64,000 nt of DNA from an uncultured Alphaproteobacteria bacterium (GTDB taxonomy: Bacteria > Pseudomonadota > Alphaproteobacteria > Sphingomonadales > Sphingomonadaceae). The position numbers were made by a program, and so were the translations under genes. The stretch covers positions 36,402 through 100,401 of the forward strand of contig CAVVZE010000001.1 in the NCBI GenBank assembly GCA_963752785.1, written 5' to 3'. Positions 20,090-31,226 of the stretch are shown here, one piece after another (within the stretch, counting starts at the first letter, position 1; every line of letters begins with the position of its first letter). The notes beneath the pieces were generated by a model that saw only the letters and a list, made by a program, of their open reading frames with translations, had not been told where the DNA came from and did not search any database.

Positions 20090-23020
20090 CTAAGGTGCAG
20101 GGGAGGGCGCACCCTCGGGTACGACCAGGAATTCCACTGCACGGCCCGGCGCGAGCCATTGGCGGGCTTCGGCCTGCAGCTCCTCTGCCGAGACGGCGCG
20201 GGCGCGTTCCTGCGCCTTGGCGATTCGCTCCAGCCGGCCGGCTTCGCTCTGCGCGCGGTCGGCGACGGCCAGCCAGCCCGAGTTCGATTTGAGCAGATTG
20301 TCATAGGCGGCCACCAGCGGCGCGCGTGCGCGTTCCACCAGGTCGGCGGGAATGGGTTCGCTGCGCAGCGATTCGATGGTCGCGGCCAGCGCGGCGCGTG
20401 CGGCGGGCAGCTGCGACAATTCCACCTGCGCGCGGATCGAGAACGTGCCCCATTCCGGCCAGACCTTGCTCATCGCATTGCTGACCTGCGGCGAATAGGC
20501 TTGGCCCAGTCGCTCGCGCAGCTCCTCGGTCACTGCAATGCGGGCGACGCGTTCCAGCAGTTCCATGCGGATTTCCTGTACCGGATCGCTGTCGTCGGTC
20601 GTGGGCCAGACCAGTTCGACCAGCGACTGCGTCGGCTCGCCCTCATGCCGCAGCACTACCGGGCCGCGCCGGTCGGTGAATTGCCGCTGCAGCGCCGCAG
20701 GAGGGGGCGTGAAGCTCGCGTCGCGCATCGGCAGCGCGCCGAGCGTTTCCGCCACCAGCGCGATGGCGCGGTCCTCATCCACGTCGCCGACGATGGCGAT
20801 CTCGATCGGTCCGCGCGCCAGGCTGGGGCCGATGGCGGCGCGCAGCTGGTCGAAATCCAGTGCGCGATAGGCGTCGATCTGCTGCTGCGAGAAGCGCGGG
20901 TCGTCGTCGCTGATCACCGCGCCGCGCCCGCTCGCCAGCGCGGAGCCGGGGGTGGCGCGCAGCCGTGCGAAATAATCGGGCAGCGCGTTGCGGAACCGTG
21001 TCACCGGCTCGCTCCGCCAGCCGGGATCGGTGATGAGCGCGGCCATCAGCTGCAGCTGCAGTTCCAGGTCCTCGGCCCGGGTAGAACCCGACGAGATCAG
21101 CGCATCGCTCGACGCGCCGAGGCCAAAGCCAACCCGCTTGCCCGCGAGGATCGAGGCAAGCTCGTCCGCCTCGTGCCGGCCAAGCCCGCTGGCGGGGATG
21201 CGCGAGACAAGCTCGACGGCATTGGGATGCTCGCGCGTTTCCAGCAGCTTGCCGCCCGGGATCGTCATGCGCACCAGCACCTGGTCGCGGGCGAGGTCGG
21301 TGTGCTTGACGTTCAGCCGGACATTATTGGCAAAGCGCACGGTGCGGACCCCGAATACCGGTTCGCGGCTGTCGGCAACGACCGCGCCCGGAGCGCCGAA
21401 ATCGGTGTAGGCGAACGGCTGCGTCTCGATCACCGCCTCGTCCGCCAGCGGGGCTTCCATCGCATCGGCCCACGACTGGCGCAGCGCCTCCTTGCCGCCC
21501 TCGGGTGCACTGCGTCCGCGAAAGCGCAGAAAGGCGTTTTCATCCAGCGGCACCGCTTCCTCGCGCAGCGCGGCCAGCACGGCGTCGGGCGTGATCTCGT
21601 CCCGCATCGCCTGATAGCGTTCGGCAGCTTCCGGCCCGGTGGTGGGCACGCGGCCTTCGCCGACCCAGCGCAGGATGCGGTCGACCATGAAGTCATTGGT
21701 GCGCGTCGGTTCGCCCACCGCGGCGGCTTCATAACGCTCGTCGAGTTCGGCAAGCTGCTCGGCAATCTCGGCCTCGGAAAAGCCGCGTTCCAGCGCATTG
21801 CGATACTCGGCCACCGCCGCCCGCATTGCGCGCTCCCACTCTCCGTCCACGCTGTCGACGATCAGCCGGGTCACGCGCGCCTGGCGGAACACATTGCCCG
21901 ACCCGAAGCCGGCCGACTTGAACGGAGCGCCCGCTCGCCGTGCCAGCCGCGTCAGCCGCCGGTTCACCGCATCATAGCCGATCTGCCGCAGCACGGTCGT
22001 GCGCCGCTCCTCCGCCGTGTCGAGGGGCGTCTGCGCGGGCGCCAGGGCGAAGGCGGTGAAACGCTCCGACAGGGCGGGGTGGAGGTGGATTTCCTCGGCG
22101 GCGGGGCGGTTGAAATCGACATCACCGTAATTGCGCGGGGCAGGGGGCGGGGCATCGTTCTGCCAGTCGGCGAAATGCGCGGTGATGGCGGCCTCGACAG
22201 CCTCGGGATCAAGGTCGCCGACCACGATCAGCGCGGCGTTTCCGGGCCGGTAGCGCGAGGCCCAGAAGGCGCGCAGCTCCGCCGCGTCGGCCGCGCGCAG
22301 GGTCTCCGGCGTTCCGCCCGCCCAGCGATCGACATAAAGCGCGTCCGGTGTCTCGAACCGATAGCGGTCGAGCGCTTCCTCCAGCTGGTAATTGGCCCGG
22401 TCGCGGCGCTCGGCCAGCAGCACGCCGCGCTCGCGGTCCACCGCTTGGGGATCGAAGTTCAGCTCGCTCGCGATCTCGCGCATCAGCATCAGCGAGGTGT
22501 CGAGCAGCGCCGGATCGGTACGCGGCAGGCGCAGCTGGTAGATCGTGTGCTCGAACCCGGTCGAGGCATTGGTGTCCGCACCGAACGCCAGCCCCTCGCG
22601 CTCGAGCAGGGCGATCATCTCGCCTTCCTCGACATGGGTGGAGCCGTTGAAAGCCATGTGCTCGACATAGTGGGCAAAGCCGCGCTGATCGTCCGCCTCG
22701 TCCACCGATCCCGCCTCGAACGCGAGGCGGATTTCCGCCGTGCCTGCGGGAGTGGCATTGGGGCGCAGCGCCCAGAACATGCCGTTCGGCAGACGGCCCC
22801 AGCGGATCGCGGTGTCAGGCTCCAGATCGCTTTGCGCCAGCGCCGGTTCGGGCTGGGGATAGCCGCTGCGATTGACGGGTCCTGCCGCTGCGGCTTGCCG
22901 GTCCGGCGCGGGGGATGGGGTGGATGCGAGCGGCGCGGCGCATCCGGCCAGCACGCCCAGCGCCAGCACGCCCGCGATGCAGCGCGCCAGCCACGGACGC
23001 GAAGCTGACCGATCAGCCAA
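20090..23020 (-). CDS. M16 family zinc metallopeptidase (PqqL-like), lipoprotein
   Basis: LAGC lipobox; GRLPNG, AGSVDE, GFAHYVEHMAFNGS (HxxEH), NASTGF, ELRERLGQAYSP; start uncertain. Confidence 0.9.
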   Translation of the reverse strand: MADRSASRPWLARCIAGVLALGVLAGCAAPLASTPSPAPDRQAAAAGPVNRSGYPQPEPALAQSDLEPDTAIRWGRLPNGMFWALRPNATPAGTAEIRLAFEAGSVDEADDQRGFAHYVEHMAFNGSTHVEEGEMIALLEREGLAFGADTNASTGFEHTIYQLRLPRTDPALLDTSLMLMREIASELNFDPQAVDRERGVLLAERRDRANYQLEEALDRYRFETPDALYVDRWAGGTPETLRAADAAELRAFWASRYRPGNAALIVVGDLDPEAVEAAITAHFADWQNDAPPPAPRNYGDVDFNRPAAEEIHLHPALSERFTAFALAPAQTPLDTAEERRTTVLRQIGYDAVNRRLTRLARRAGAPFKSAGFGSGNVFRQARVTRLIVDSVDGEWERAMRAAVAEYRNALERGFSEAEIAEQLAELDERYEAAAVGEPTRTNDFMVDRILRWVGEGRVPTTGPEAAERYQAMRDEITPDAVLAALREEAVPLDENAFLRFRGRSAPEGGKEALRQSWADAMEAPLADEAVIETQPFAYTDFGAPGAVVADSREPVFGVRTVRFANNVRLNVKHTDLARDQVLVRMTIPGGKLLETREHPNAVELVSRIPASGLGRHEADELASILAGKRVGFGLGASSDALISSGSTRAEDLELQLQLMAALITDPGWRSEPVTRFRNALPDYFARLRATPGSALASGRGAVISDDDPRFSQQQIDAYRALDFDQLRAAIGPSLARGPIEIAIVGDVDEDRAIALVAETLGALPMRDASFTPPPAALQRQFTDRRGPVVLRHEGEPTQSLVELVWPTTDDSDPVQEIRMELLERVARIAVTEELRERLGQAYSPQVSNAMSKVWPEWGTFSIRAQVELSQLPAARAALAATIESLRSEPIPADLVERARAPLVAAYDNLLKSNSGWLAVADRAQSEAGRLERIAKAQERARAVSAEELQAEARQWLAPGRAVEFLVVPEGAPSPAP

Positions 23021-23111
23021 GCCGGTCCGCCCGGCGACCCACCGTCCTGCCGCCGCTTCCGGCGGTCTGTTCCTGAAACCCTCTTCCCATCACGTTATAA
23101 AGCTGCGGCCC

Positions 23112-23894
23112 CTATTTCTTTCCCCGCAGCTTGCGATGATGGTCGATGTCGAAGACCTCGCTCGGCCCGTCGTCCTGCAGGACGCCCAGCCTGCGGGCGA
23201 CTTCCTGATAGGCGTCTTCCTCGCCGCCCAGATCGCGGCGGAAGCGGTCCTTGTCCAGCTTTTCGCCCGTGGTCATGTCCCACAAGCGGCAGCCATCGGG
23301 GCTGATCTCGTCCGCCAGGATCACGCGGCTGTAGTCGCCGTCCCACAGCCGGCCGAATTCCAGCTTGAAATCGACCAGCCTGATGCCGACCGCGGCGAAC
23401 ATGCCGCACATGAAATCGTTGATGCGGATTGCCATGGAAGAGATGTCCTGCATCTCCTCGTTCGAGGCCCAGCCGAAGCAGGCGATATGCTCTTCGGCGA
23501 TCAGCGGATCGCCCAGCGCATCGTCCTTGTAGTAATATTCCAGCAGCGTGTGCGGCAGCGGCTCACCCTCTTCCAGGCCCAGCCGCTTCGAGATCGAACC
23601 GGCGGCCACGTTGCGCACCACCACCTCGATCGGGATGATGTCGACCTGGCGGACCAGCTGCTCGCGCATATTCAGGCGGCGGATGAAATGGGTCGGGATG
23701 CCGATATGCGACAGGCGGGTGAACACGAACTCGCTGATGCGGTTGTTGATCACGCCCTTGCCGTTGATCGTGCCCTTTTTCTGGGCGTTGAACGCGGTGG
23801 CGTCATCCTTGAAATACTGGATGATCGTGCCGGGTTCGGGGCCTTCGTACAGGATCTTGGCCTTGCCTTCGTAGATCTGGCGGCGACGCGACAT
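23112..23894 (-). CDS. purC: SAICAR synthetase
   Basis: [48 protein letters not shown]. Confidence 0.97.
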   Translation of the reverse strand: MSRRRQIYEGKAKILYEGPEPGTIIQYFKDDATAFNAQKKGTINGKGVINNRISEFVFTRLSHIGIPTHFIRRLNMREQLVRQVDIIPIEVVVRNVAAGSISKRLGLEEGEPLPHTLLEYYYKDDALGDPLIAEEHIACFGWASNEEMQDISSMAIRINDFMCGMFAAVGIRLVDFKLEFGRLWDGDYSRVILADEISPDGCRLWDMTTGEKLDKDRFRRDLGGEEDAYQEVARRLGVLQDDGPSEVFDIDHHRKLRGKK

Positions 23895-24088
23895 CGTGAC
23901 TTCGCTTTCCAAGCTGCGCCCGGGATCCGCCGGATATGGGGCGGGGGGCGGAAAACACCAAGCCCCGGTCTGACCGGTCCCGTGGGCACGGGGCGCGGAC
24001 ACGGCCGGGGCGTTCCCGGTGGCCTATAATGGAAGCCCGCCGCAAAAGCAAAGCACGCATTCGCGCGCGTTCGGCAGAGAGGCGATCC

Positions 24089-26581
24089 TCAGAACCTCTT
24101 GCGGAAATCGATTTCGAAGAAACGGCCCGCGGGATCGATGAAATCGGGCAGGTAGTTGACCGGCACCACGCCGTCCGCATTGGTCACGCGCTGCTGCGCA
24201 TCGAAGATATTGTCGATGGACAGCGAGAGCCTGCTGCCCTTGAAGAAGGGCACCGCCTCGACCAGCGCTTTCTGCTGCTCCAGATCGGCGAACAGGCGCA
24301 GGTCGAATGTGGCGACGGGCGCGAAATCCAGGCTGGTTCCCGATCCGCCGGTATTCGCGATGCTCGCGCCGCCGAGGTAATTGCCCGAAAGCCGCGCGCC
24401 GAACCCCTTGTAGAATACGCGGCCCGACAGTTCCACCTGATGCCGCGCAACGGGCGTGGCGGTCAGGGATTCGCCCTGCAGCAGGTCCAGCACCGGCGTG
24501 CTGTCCGCGATCTGCACCGTCTGTTCGAACCGCACGGTGTGATAGAGCGCCAGGCCCCAGTGCCCGCCGCCGCCACGTCCCCCGCGCCCGAAGCCCGGAG
24601 GGCCGCCGCGTCCGCGCTCGCGTTCCTCGCCATCTTCGCCGCCCGAGATCCGGTCCGAAATGTCGATGCCATAGCGCAGCCGCCGCCCCTCCTGATGCGC
24701 ATAGGTCACGGGCCGCTGGTCGATGCTGACCAGATTGCCCTCCGCATCCCGCACCACGCGGCCGGGAAAGGCATTCTCGATCGAAGGCGTCAGCGCCGGA
24801 AAGCTGCTGGATACATCGGTCGAGCTCTCGTCGTAATATTCGACGATCAGGTTGGACCGGCGCAGGAACGGCAAATCATAGGTTGCCCCGATCTTCCAGT
24901 CGCGCTGCTTTTCGGCCACCAGATCCGGATTGCCGCCCGTGATCAGGTCGACCAGCACGGTCTGTCCTGTCGCGATGTCGAAGATCGTCACCCCGCTGGT
25001 GACCAGCAGCGGCGCGCCAAGCTGCGTCAGGCTGGGCGCCCGCTCGGTGTAGATATGGCTGACCTGCAGGTTGAGATCTTCCAGTGGCGACCAGTTCAGC
25101 CCGGCGCTCCAGTTGTACAGCGTGCCGAAATCCGACAGCCGATTGAACCCGCCCGACAGGTCCAGCGTGATGTCGCCCACCGCCGCCAGCACATTGTCCC
25201 GGCGGCTGGTCAGCGGGATGCCCATCGTGAAGCCCGCATTGGCATCGCCGCGGGTCAGGTCGGTCGCGGCGCCCGGATCGTCGCTGCTGCGGCTGTCGAT
25301 GTTCGACCAGTCGAACCCCGCCTGCAAGGTCACCGCCATCTGCCCCGCGGGCAGCCACAGCGGCCTGCCGGTCAAAGTGGCCAGCGATGTCGCATCCTCG
25401 GTGTTCGAGACGCTGGCGTTCGACCGCTGGTCCGGCACGAAGGCCAGGAGGTCGTCCAAAGGCGCGTCGATCCCGACCTGACCCGCCAGCACCCCCGCCT
25501 GCAGCGCGGACACGTCGCTCGCCGCCGTGCTGCGCGAGACGGTATCGTCATGCACCCAACGGCCGGTCACGTTCAGGTCCCAGTCGCCGACGCCCTTGTT
25601 GAACGTGGTGCCAAGCTCGAACCCGGCCGAGCGGCTGTCCCGCACCCGCGCGCCGCGACCCAGCGCCTCGGACAGCAGCGTGCGCTGCGCCGCCGCGCCG
25701 CTGGCGTCGGTCAGCAGGGCGGTGTCCGGTCCGTTCAGCGACAGCGCATCGCTGCGCGTGATCGTGCCATTGACGGTCAGCGAGCCACCGGCGCCGTTCT
25801 CGCCGAAGCCGCGCGTCCACGCGCCGTTCAGCGTCAGGTCGCGCGTATCGGCCACCAGCGAGCGATAATCTGCGGGATCGACGTCTCCGAACGCCGGCGC
25901 ATAGCCATAGGAGGACACGCCGCGCTCCCCCTCGGTCAGCATCGAGCTGTCCTCCGCCTCGACCGCGAGGTTCAGGCGGTTGGGCCCGTTGATCGACAGA
26001 AGCGACGCCTCGATCTCGCTGGTGTGATAGCCGCCCTTGCCCGGCACGCCATATTCCAGGTCGATCCCCTTGGACGCATATTGCTCCTTCAGGATGAAAT
26101 TGATCACGCGCTGGTCGGGGCGAAAGCCGAAGCGGATGGCTGCTTCCTCGGGCAGCACCTCGACCCGTGCAAGCGCTTCGGGCGGATAGTTGCGGAGTTC
26201 GCGAAAGCCCGACACGCGCTGCCCGTTGACCAGTATCGCGGGGGGACCGCCCGAACCGCGCCCCCGGCCCGATCCGGTCTGCGGGGCCAGCTCCTCCAGC
26301 AGCTCGGCCAGCGAGCTGGCCCCGATGCTCAGTATCTCGTCCTCCTCCAGCACGGCGACGGGGGCCTGCGGGATGTCCACGCTGCCCCGGCTGACCTGCG
26401 GCGCGGTAACGATGATGTCGTCGGCGGTCTCATCATTCTCACCGGGTTCGGCAGGCTGCTGTTCGGCAGCGCCGGCGTCGCCGATCCCGTTTCCGGTCTC
26501 GGCAGCGGCAGGGGCGGCCATGATGGCGCTGATGACGAGCAGGCTGGCGGCGGCGCTGGCAAACGCGTGGGCGCGCGGCAT
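24089..26581 (-). CDS. TonB-dependent receptor
   Basis: Signal peptide, TonB box DIIVTA, plug (ILVNGQRV...RVEVL...VINFILK), GNPDLVAE, C-terminal Phe; start 26581 or 26599. Confidence 0.88.
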   Translation of the reverse strand: MPRAHAFASAAASLLVISAIMAAPAAAETGNGIGDAGAAEQQPAEPGENDETADDIIVTAPQVSRGSVDIPQAPVAVLEEDEILSIGASSLAELLEELAPQTGSGRGRGSGGPPAILVNGQRVSGFRELRNYPPEALARVEVLPEEAAIRFGFRPDQRVINFILKEQYASKGIDLEYGVPGKGGYHTSEIEASLLSINGPNRLNLAVEAEDSSMLTEGERGVSSYGYAPAFGDVDPADYRSLVADTRDLTLNGAWTRGFGENGAGGSLTVNGTITRSDALSLNGPDTALLTDASGAAAQRTLLSEALGRGARVRDSRSAGFELGTTFNKGVGDWDLNVTGRWVHDDTVSRSTAASDVSALQAGVLAGQVGIDAPLDDLLAFVPDQRSNASVSNTEDATSLATLTGRPLWLPAGQMAVTLQAGFDWSNIDSRSSDDPGAATDLTRGDANAGFTMGIPLTSRRDNVLAAVGDITLDLSGGFNRLSDFGTLYNWSAGLNWSPLEDLNLQVSHIYTERAPSLTQLGAPLLVTSGVTIFDIATGQTVLVDLITGGNPDLVAEKQRDWKIGATYDLPFLRRSNLIVEYYDESSTDVSSSFPALTPSIENAFPGRVVRDAEGNLVSIDQRPVTYAHQEGRRLRYGIDISDRISGGEDGEERERGRGGPPGFGRGGRGGGGHWGLALYHTVRFEQTVQIADSTPVLDLLQGESLTATPVARHQVELSGRVFYKGFGARLSGNYLGGASIANTGGSGTSLDFAPVATFDLRLFADLEQQKALVEAVPFFKGSRLSLSIDNIFDAQQRVTNADGVVPVNYLPDFIDPAGRFFEIDFRKRF

Positions 26582-26882
26582 GGCGGTTGTTTCTCTCATG
26601 GAAAGGGGTTGCACGGTCTGGCGGGGCACAGCCAAGTCGCCCGGTGTATCAGAGTGTCGCAATGCAGCATCGCCCGGTTGGATCCGGCGCCGAATGCGAA
26701 AAAACGTCCGTGCGTCGGCGATTGGCTGGTGCGGCCCTGCGTGCCGGGCGGCGGCGCGCAGCGTTGAAATGCAACTGCGGGCTTTCCATATTCCGCCAGC
26801 GCGGCTATGGGGCCGCGCAGGTTTTTTGACGTAACGACATTTCTGGCAATTGAGTGAAAGGATGGGCGCCCGGCGCCCGGAC

Positions 26883-27128
26883 ATGGCGAAAGAAGAACTT
26901 CTCGAAATGCGCGGCACGGTGGTGGAGCTTCTCCCCAATGCGATGTTCCGCGTGCGCCTGGAAAACGATCACGAGATCCTGGGCCACACCGCCGGCAAGA
27001 TGCGCAAGAACCGGATCCGCGTGCTGGTGGGCGACGAAGTGCTGGTCGAGCTGACGCCCTACGACCTGACCAAAGGCCGGATCACCTATCGCTTCATGCC
27101 CGGCCGCGGCGGCCCCGGGCCCAGCTAA
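26883..27128 (+). CDS. infA: Translation initiation factor IF-1
   Basis: [11 protein letters not shown]...LPNAMFRV...GKMRKNRIR...[11 protein letters not shown]. Confidence 0.97.
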
Positions 27129-27142
27129 TCCCCGGCGCCGGC

Positions 27143-27730
27143 ATGACGGCCCCGAATTCCCGACCAGACCTGATCCTCGCATCTGCCAGTCCGCGCAGGC
27201 GCGAGCTTCTGGCGCGTCTGGACATCGAGCCCGCGCGCATCGCACCCGCCAATATCGACGAGACGCCCCGCAAGGGCGAACTGCCGCGCCCCTATGTGCA
27301 GCGCATGGCGCGCGAAAAGGCGCTTGCTGTGCATGCGGATGGCGGCTTTGTGCTCGCGGGCGACACTGTCGTGGCCGCGGGGCGCCGCATCCTGCCCAAG
27401 GCCGAGGACGAGGCCACCGCGCGCGAGTGCCTGAAGCTGCTTTCGGGTCGGCGGCACCGCGTTTTCTCCGCCATCGCGCTCGCCGCGCCGGACGGTTCGC
27501 TGCGCGAGCGGATGAGCGAGACCATCGTGCGCTTCAAGGCGCTTTCGGACGAGGAAATCGACGCCTATGTCGCGGGCGGCGAGTGGCACGGCAAGGCGGG
27601 CGGCTATGCCATCCAGGGCCATGCCGAGGCGCTGGTCGCATGGATTCAGGGCAGCCATTCGGGCGTGGTCGGATTGCCTTTGTTCGAAACGCGCTCGCTG
27701 CTGAAGGCGGCAGGGTTTTTCTTTGCCTGA
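27143..27730 (+). CDS. maf: Maf family nucleotide pyrophosphatase
   Basis: LILASASPRRRELL, GKAGGYAIQG, VVGLPL. Confidence 0.95.
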   Translation: MTAPNSRPDLILASASPRRRELLARLDIEPARIAPANIDETPRKGELPRPYVQRMAREKALAVHADGGFVLAGDTVVAAGRRILPKAEDEATARECLKLLSGRRHRVFSAIALAAPDGSLRERMSETIVRFKALSDEEIDAYVAGGEWHGKAGGYAIQGHAEALVAWIQGSHSGVVGLPLFETRSLLKAAGFFFA

Positions 27731-28709
27731 AACGCCCGGCACATGGCTGATCGAACGCGGCATCGGCGAGGATCGCGCCGCACTGGTCGAAAACGATGCC
27801 ATCGTCGCCGCAAGGATTGCATGGCCGGACGAACTCGCCGCAGGTGCGGTGGTCGAAGGCATGCTGGCGTCGCGCGCATCGGGTTCGGCGCGCGGCACGG
27901 TTCGGCTTGACAGCGGCGAGGAGGTGCTGGTCGACCGCCTGCCGAAGAGCGCCAGCGAAGGCGCGCCGATCCGCATCCTGATCCACCGCGCGCGCATCGA
28001 CGAAGGCACCCGCTTTAAACGCGCGCAGGGCCGCCCGACCGACGAACGGCTGCGCCCAGCGCCTTCGTTGGAGCAGCGGCTCAGCGGGGAAGGGCACGTC
28101 GTTCGGGCCGTTCCGCGCTTTCCGGTGTCAGGCTGGTCCGAACTGCTCGCAGAGGCGTTCGAGGGGCAGGTCACATTCAATGGCGGCGCGCTGCACCTGT
28201 CGCCCACGCCCGCGATGATACTGATCGACGTCGATGGCGCGCTGCCGCCGCGTGCGCTGGCGCTGGCGGCGGTGCCCGCGATCGCCGCCAGCCTGAGCCG
28301 CTTCGACATGGGCGGGTCGATCGGCATCGATTTTCCGACGCTTCAGGACAAGGCCGACCGCCGTGCGGTGGACGCCGCGCTTGAACAGGCGCTGCATGGC
28401 TTTGCGCATGAGCGTACCGCGATGAACGGCTTCGGCTTCGTGCAGATTGTCGCGCGCCTGGAAGGCCCTTCGATCCTGCACCGCATAATGCGCCACCGCC
28501 TTGCCGCCGCCGCCCGCATGCTGCTCCGGCGCGCGGAACATATTGCCGATCCGGGCGCGATCCTGCTGACGGTGCATCCCGCTCTTCAGGCGCAGCTGAA
28601 GCCGCAATGGATCGACGAGCTGGCCCGCCGCACGGGGCGCGAGATCCGCATCGCCTCCGACCCCGCACTTGCGCCGGAGGCCGGTATGTCGCAGGCGGTG
28701 CCCTTATGA
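27723..28709 (+). CDS. Compact RNase E/G family protein
   Basis: LIDVDG and GGSIGIDFP motifs matching the RNase E/G catalytic Asp positions; maf-rng-yacG context. Confidence 0.75.
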   Translation: MPETPGTWLIERGIGEDRAALVENDAIVAARIAWPDELAAGAVVEGMLASRASGSARGTVRLDSGEEVLVDRLPKSASEGAPIRILIHRARIDEGTRFKRAQGRPTDERLRPAPSLEQRLSGEGHVVRAVPRFPVSGWSELLAEAFEGQVTFNGGALHLSPTPAMILIDVDGALPPRALALAAVPAIAASLSRFDMGGSIGIDFPTLQDKADRRAVDAALEQALHGFAHERTAMNGFGFVQIVARLEGPSILHRIMRHRLAAAARMLLRRAEHIADPGAILLTVHPALQAQLKPQWIDELARRTGREIRIASDPALAPEAGMSQAVPL

Positions 28710-28906
28710 AGACAACTCCAAGACGCGCCGTGAAAAGCTGCCCGATTTGCGGCAAGCCCCGTTCCGAGGACCATGCGCCGTTCTGCTCCACCCGGTGCAA
28801 GGACCGCGATCTGGTCCAGTGGCTGCAGGACGGCTACGCCATTCCCGGCGAACCTGCCGATATTCCCAGCGGCCGCGAGGACGATGGCGCGGACGAGGAT
28901 TTCTGA
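28706..28906 (+). CDS. yacG: DNA gyrase inhibitor YacG
   Basis: CPICGK...PFCSTRCKDRDL..WL..GYAIP zinc finger, acidic tail. Confidence 0.93.
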   Translation: MKTTPRRAVKSCPICGKPRSEDHAPFCSTRCKDRDLVQWLQDGYAIPGEPADIPSGREDDGADEDF

Positions 28907-28945
28907 CCAAAATCCCCGCCTGCGAAAAAACCCGCATTTTGAGGT

Positions 28946-28974
28946 TTGACAGCAAGCGCGGCTTTGGCCATAGG
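28946..28974 (+). promoter_or_regulatory. Sigma70-type promoter for tRNA-Phe
   Basis: TTGACA-N17-CATAGG upstream of the tRNA. Confidence 0.55.
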
Positions 28975-29036
28975 CGGCGCTCCCGACGCCAAGCGCGATT
29001 CAATCCGCCGGTTTCGGGGCCGCGTTTCGTGGCGAT

Positions 29037-29111
29037 GCCTGGGTAGCTCAGTGGTAGAGCAGACGACTGAAAATCGTCGTGTCGGTGGTTCGACTCCGCC
29101 CCCGGGCACCA
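29037..29111 (+). tRNA. tRNA-Phe(GAA)
   Basis: GCCTGGGTAGCTCAGTGGTAGAGC-AGACGA-CTGAAAA-TCGTC...GGTTCGACTCC...GGCACCA. Confidence 0.97.
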
Positions 29112-29196
29112 CTTCCCTCTCATATCTCGCAAGACCGGTCGTGGTGCGCATTCCCGCGCTTTCCAACGCCGTGTCCAATCCCTATCTGACCCTGCG

Positions 29197-31154
29197 ATGA
29201 CCCGTACGCCTGCCGGAACCCCGCCCCATCCCAAGGGCGCCGATCGCTTCAACGAGGACAAGGCGGCCCATACGGTGCGCGGCAGCCAGCCCGATCTTCA
29301 GGCGGGGCTGGACGCAATCCGCGAGGTGCAGCGCACGCTGCCCCCGCGCCCCGGCGTCTATCGGATGGTCGATGCGCGAGGCGACGTGCTCTATGTCGGC
29401 AAGGCGCGCGCTCTGAAGAACCGCGTCGCCAATTACCTCCAGGTCGACCGCCTGCCGATGCGGCTGAAACGCATGGTCGCGCAAACGCGCGAGATGACCA
29501 TCGTGACGACCAACAGCGAGGCCGAGGCGCTGCTGCTGGAAGCGCAGCTGATCAAGCGGTTCCGCCCGCCGTACAACGTGCTGCTGCGCGACGACAAGAG
29601 CTTCCCCTTCATCCTGCTGCGCGGCGACAACGACTTTCCGCGCATCATGAAGCATCGCGGCGCGCGGCGGGCCAAGGGCAATTACTATGGCCCCTTCGCC
29701 AGCGCCGGATCGGTCAACACCACGATCAACGCGCTGCAGAAACTGTTTCTGCTGCGAAGCTGCACCGACAGCTTCTTTTCGCGCCGCGACCGGCCCTGCC
29801 TGCTCTACCAGATCAAGCGGTGCAGTGCGCCCTGCGTGGGCCGCATCGACAAGGACGGCTATGGCGAGCTGGTGCGGCAGGCCAAGGACTTCCTGGCCGG
29901 CAAGTCGAGCGCGGTGCAGCAGGAAATTGAAGTCCAGATGGCCGAGGCGGCCGAGAAGCTCGACTTCGAAACTGCCGCCATGCTGCGCGACCGGCTGCGC
30001 GCCGCAACCTTCATCCAGGGCTCGCAGGCAATCAACGCGCAGGGCGTGGGCGATGCGGACGTCTTCGCCATGGCGGAGAAGGGCGGCCAGATCGGCGTGC
30101 AGGCCTTCTTCATTCGCGGCGGGCAGAATTGGGGCCACCGCGCCTTCTTCCCCCGCCACACCGAGGAGCTAAGCCATGAGGAGGTGTTCAGCGCCTTCCT
30201 CGCCCAGTTCTACGAGGAGGTGCCGCCCGCGCGCACCATACTGCTCGACCGCGAACTGCCCGACCGCGAGCTGCTGGAAGAGGCGTTCGGCGACATCGCC
30301 GAGCGCAGGGTCGAGATCAGCGTCCCCCAGCGCGGCGACCGCCGCCGCCTGATCGAACAGGCCAGCCGCAACGCCGCCGAAGCGCTCGACCGCCGGCTGG
30401 CCGAAAGCGGCACGCAGGCGAAGATCTGGCGCGAGATGGCCGAGTTCCTGGAACTGCCCGATATTCCGCAGCGGGTCGAGGTCTACGACAACTCGCACAT
30501 CCAGGGCACCAATGCGGTGGGCGCGATGGTGGTCGCGGGGCCGGAAGGGTTCCTCAAGAACCAGTACCGCAAGTTCAACATCAAGACCGCCCAGACCAAC
30601 GACGATTTCGCCATGATGCGCGAAGTGATGAACCGCCGCTTCGCCCGCGCGCTCAAGGACGATCCCGACCGCGAAGACCGGCGGGAAAGGCGATGCGGCC
30701 TGGCCCGATCTCGTCCTGCTCGACGGCGGCAAGGGGCAGATGTCGTCGCGTGATGGACACGCTGGAGGAACTGGGCATCGAGGACGTGCCCGTCGTCGGC
30801 GTAGCCAAGGGCCCGCATCACGGGCGCGAGGGGCGCGAGGTGTTCCATTTCCCCGATGGGCGCGAAAAGACGCTGCCGACCAATTCGCCCGTGCTGTTCC
30901 ATCTGCAGCGCCTGCGCGACGAGGTGCACCGCTTCGCCATCGGCGCGCACCGGGCCAAGCGCAGCCGTTCGATCCAGGCCAGCCCGCTGGACGAGATCCC
31001 CGGCATCGGCCCCGCGCGCAAGCGCGCCCTGCTGCTGCATTTCGGCACCGCCGGCAAGGTCCGCGCCGCTGCCCTCAAGGACCTGTTGCGCGTGCCCGGC
31101 GTTTCGGAAAATGTCGCGCGCCAGATCTATGATTTCTATCATCCGGGCGGCTAG
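29197..31154 (+). CDS. uvrC: Excinuclease ABC subunit C (frameshifts near 30690-30750)
   Basis: PGVYRM..YVGKA GIY-YIG, EALLLE, LRDDKSFP, YDNSH, DGGKGQ, RDEVHRFAI, HhH IPGIG. Confidence 0.95.
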
Positions 31155-31226
31155 TGGCTCGTCGGGGGTGACGGATGGGCCGCGACATGCCTATCTGTTC
31201 GCCGAACATCCAGGAAAGAGAACCGC

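Noticed and set aside
23895-24030. Possible ZMP/ZTP riboswitch in the long purC leader (CCACCGGGAACGC...GCCGTG)
   Set aside because: The conserved 5' GACTGGCG segment and 3' CGCCTGGGC element are not present; partial resemblance only. An Infernal search would settle it
19994-26767. Very long + strand ORFs (19994-23008, 1004 aa; 23936-26767, 943 aa) and many similar antisense ORFs
   Set aside because: They mirror well-supported opposite-strand genes, are R/G/A-rich with no motifs, and are expected shadow ORFs in high-GC DNA
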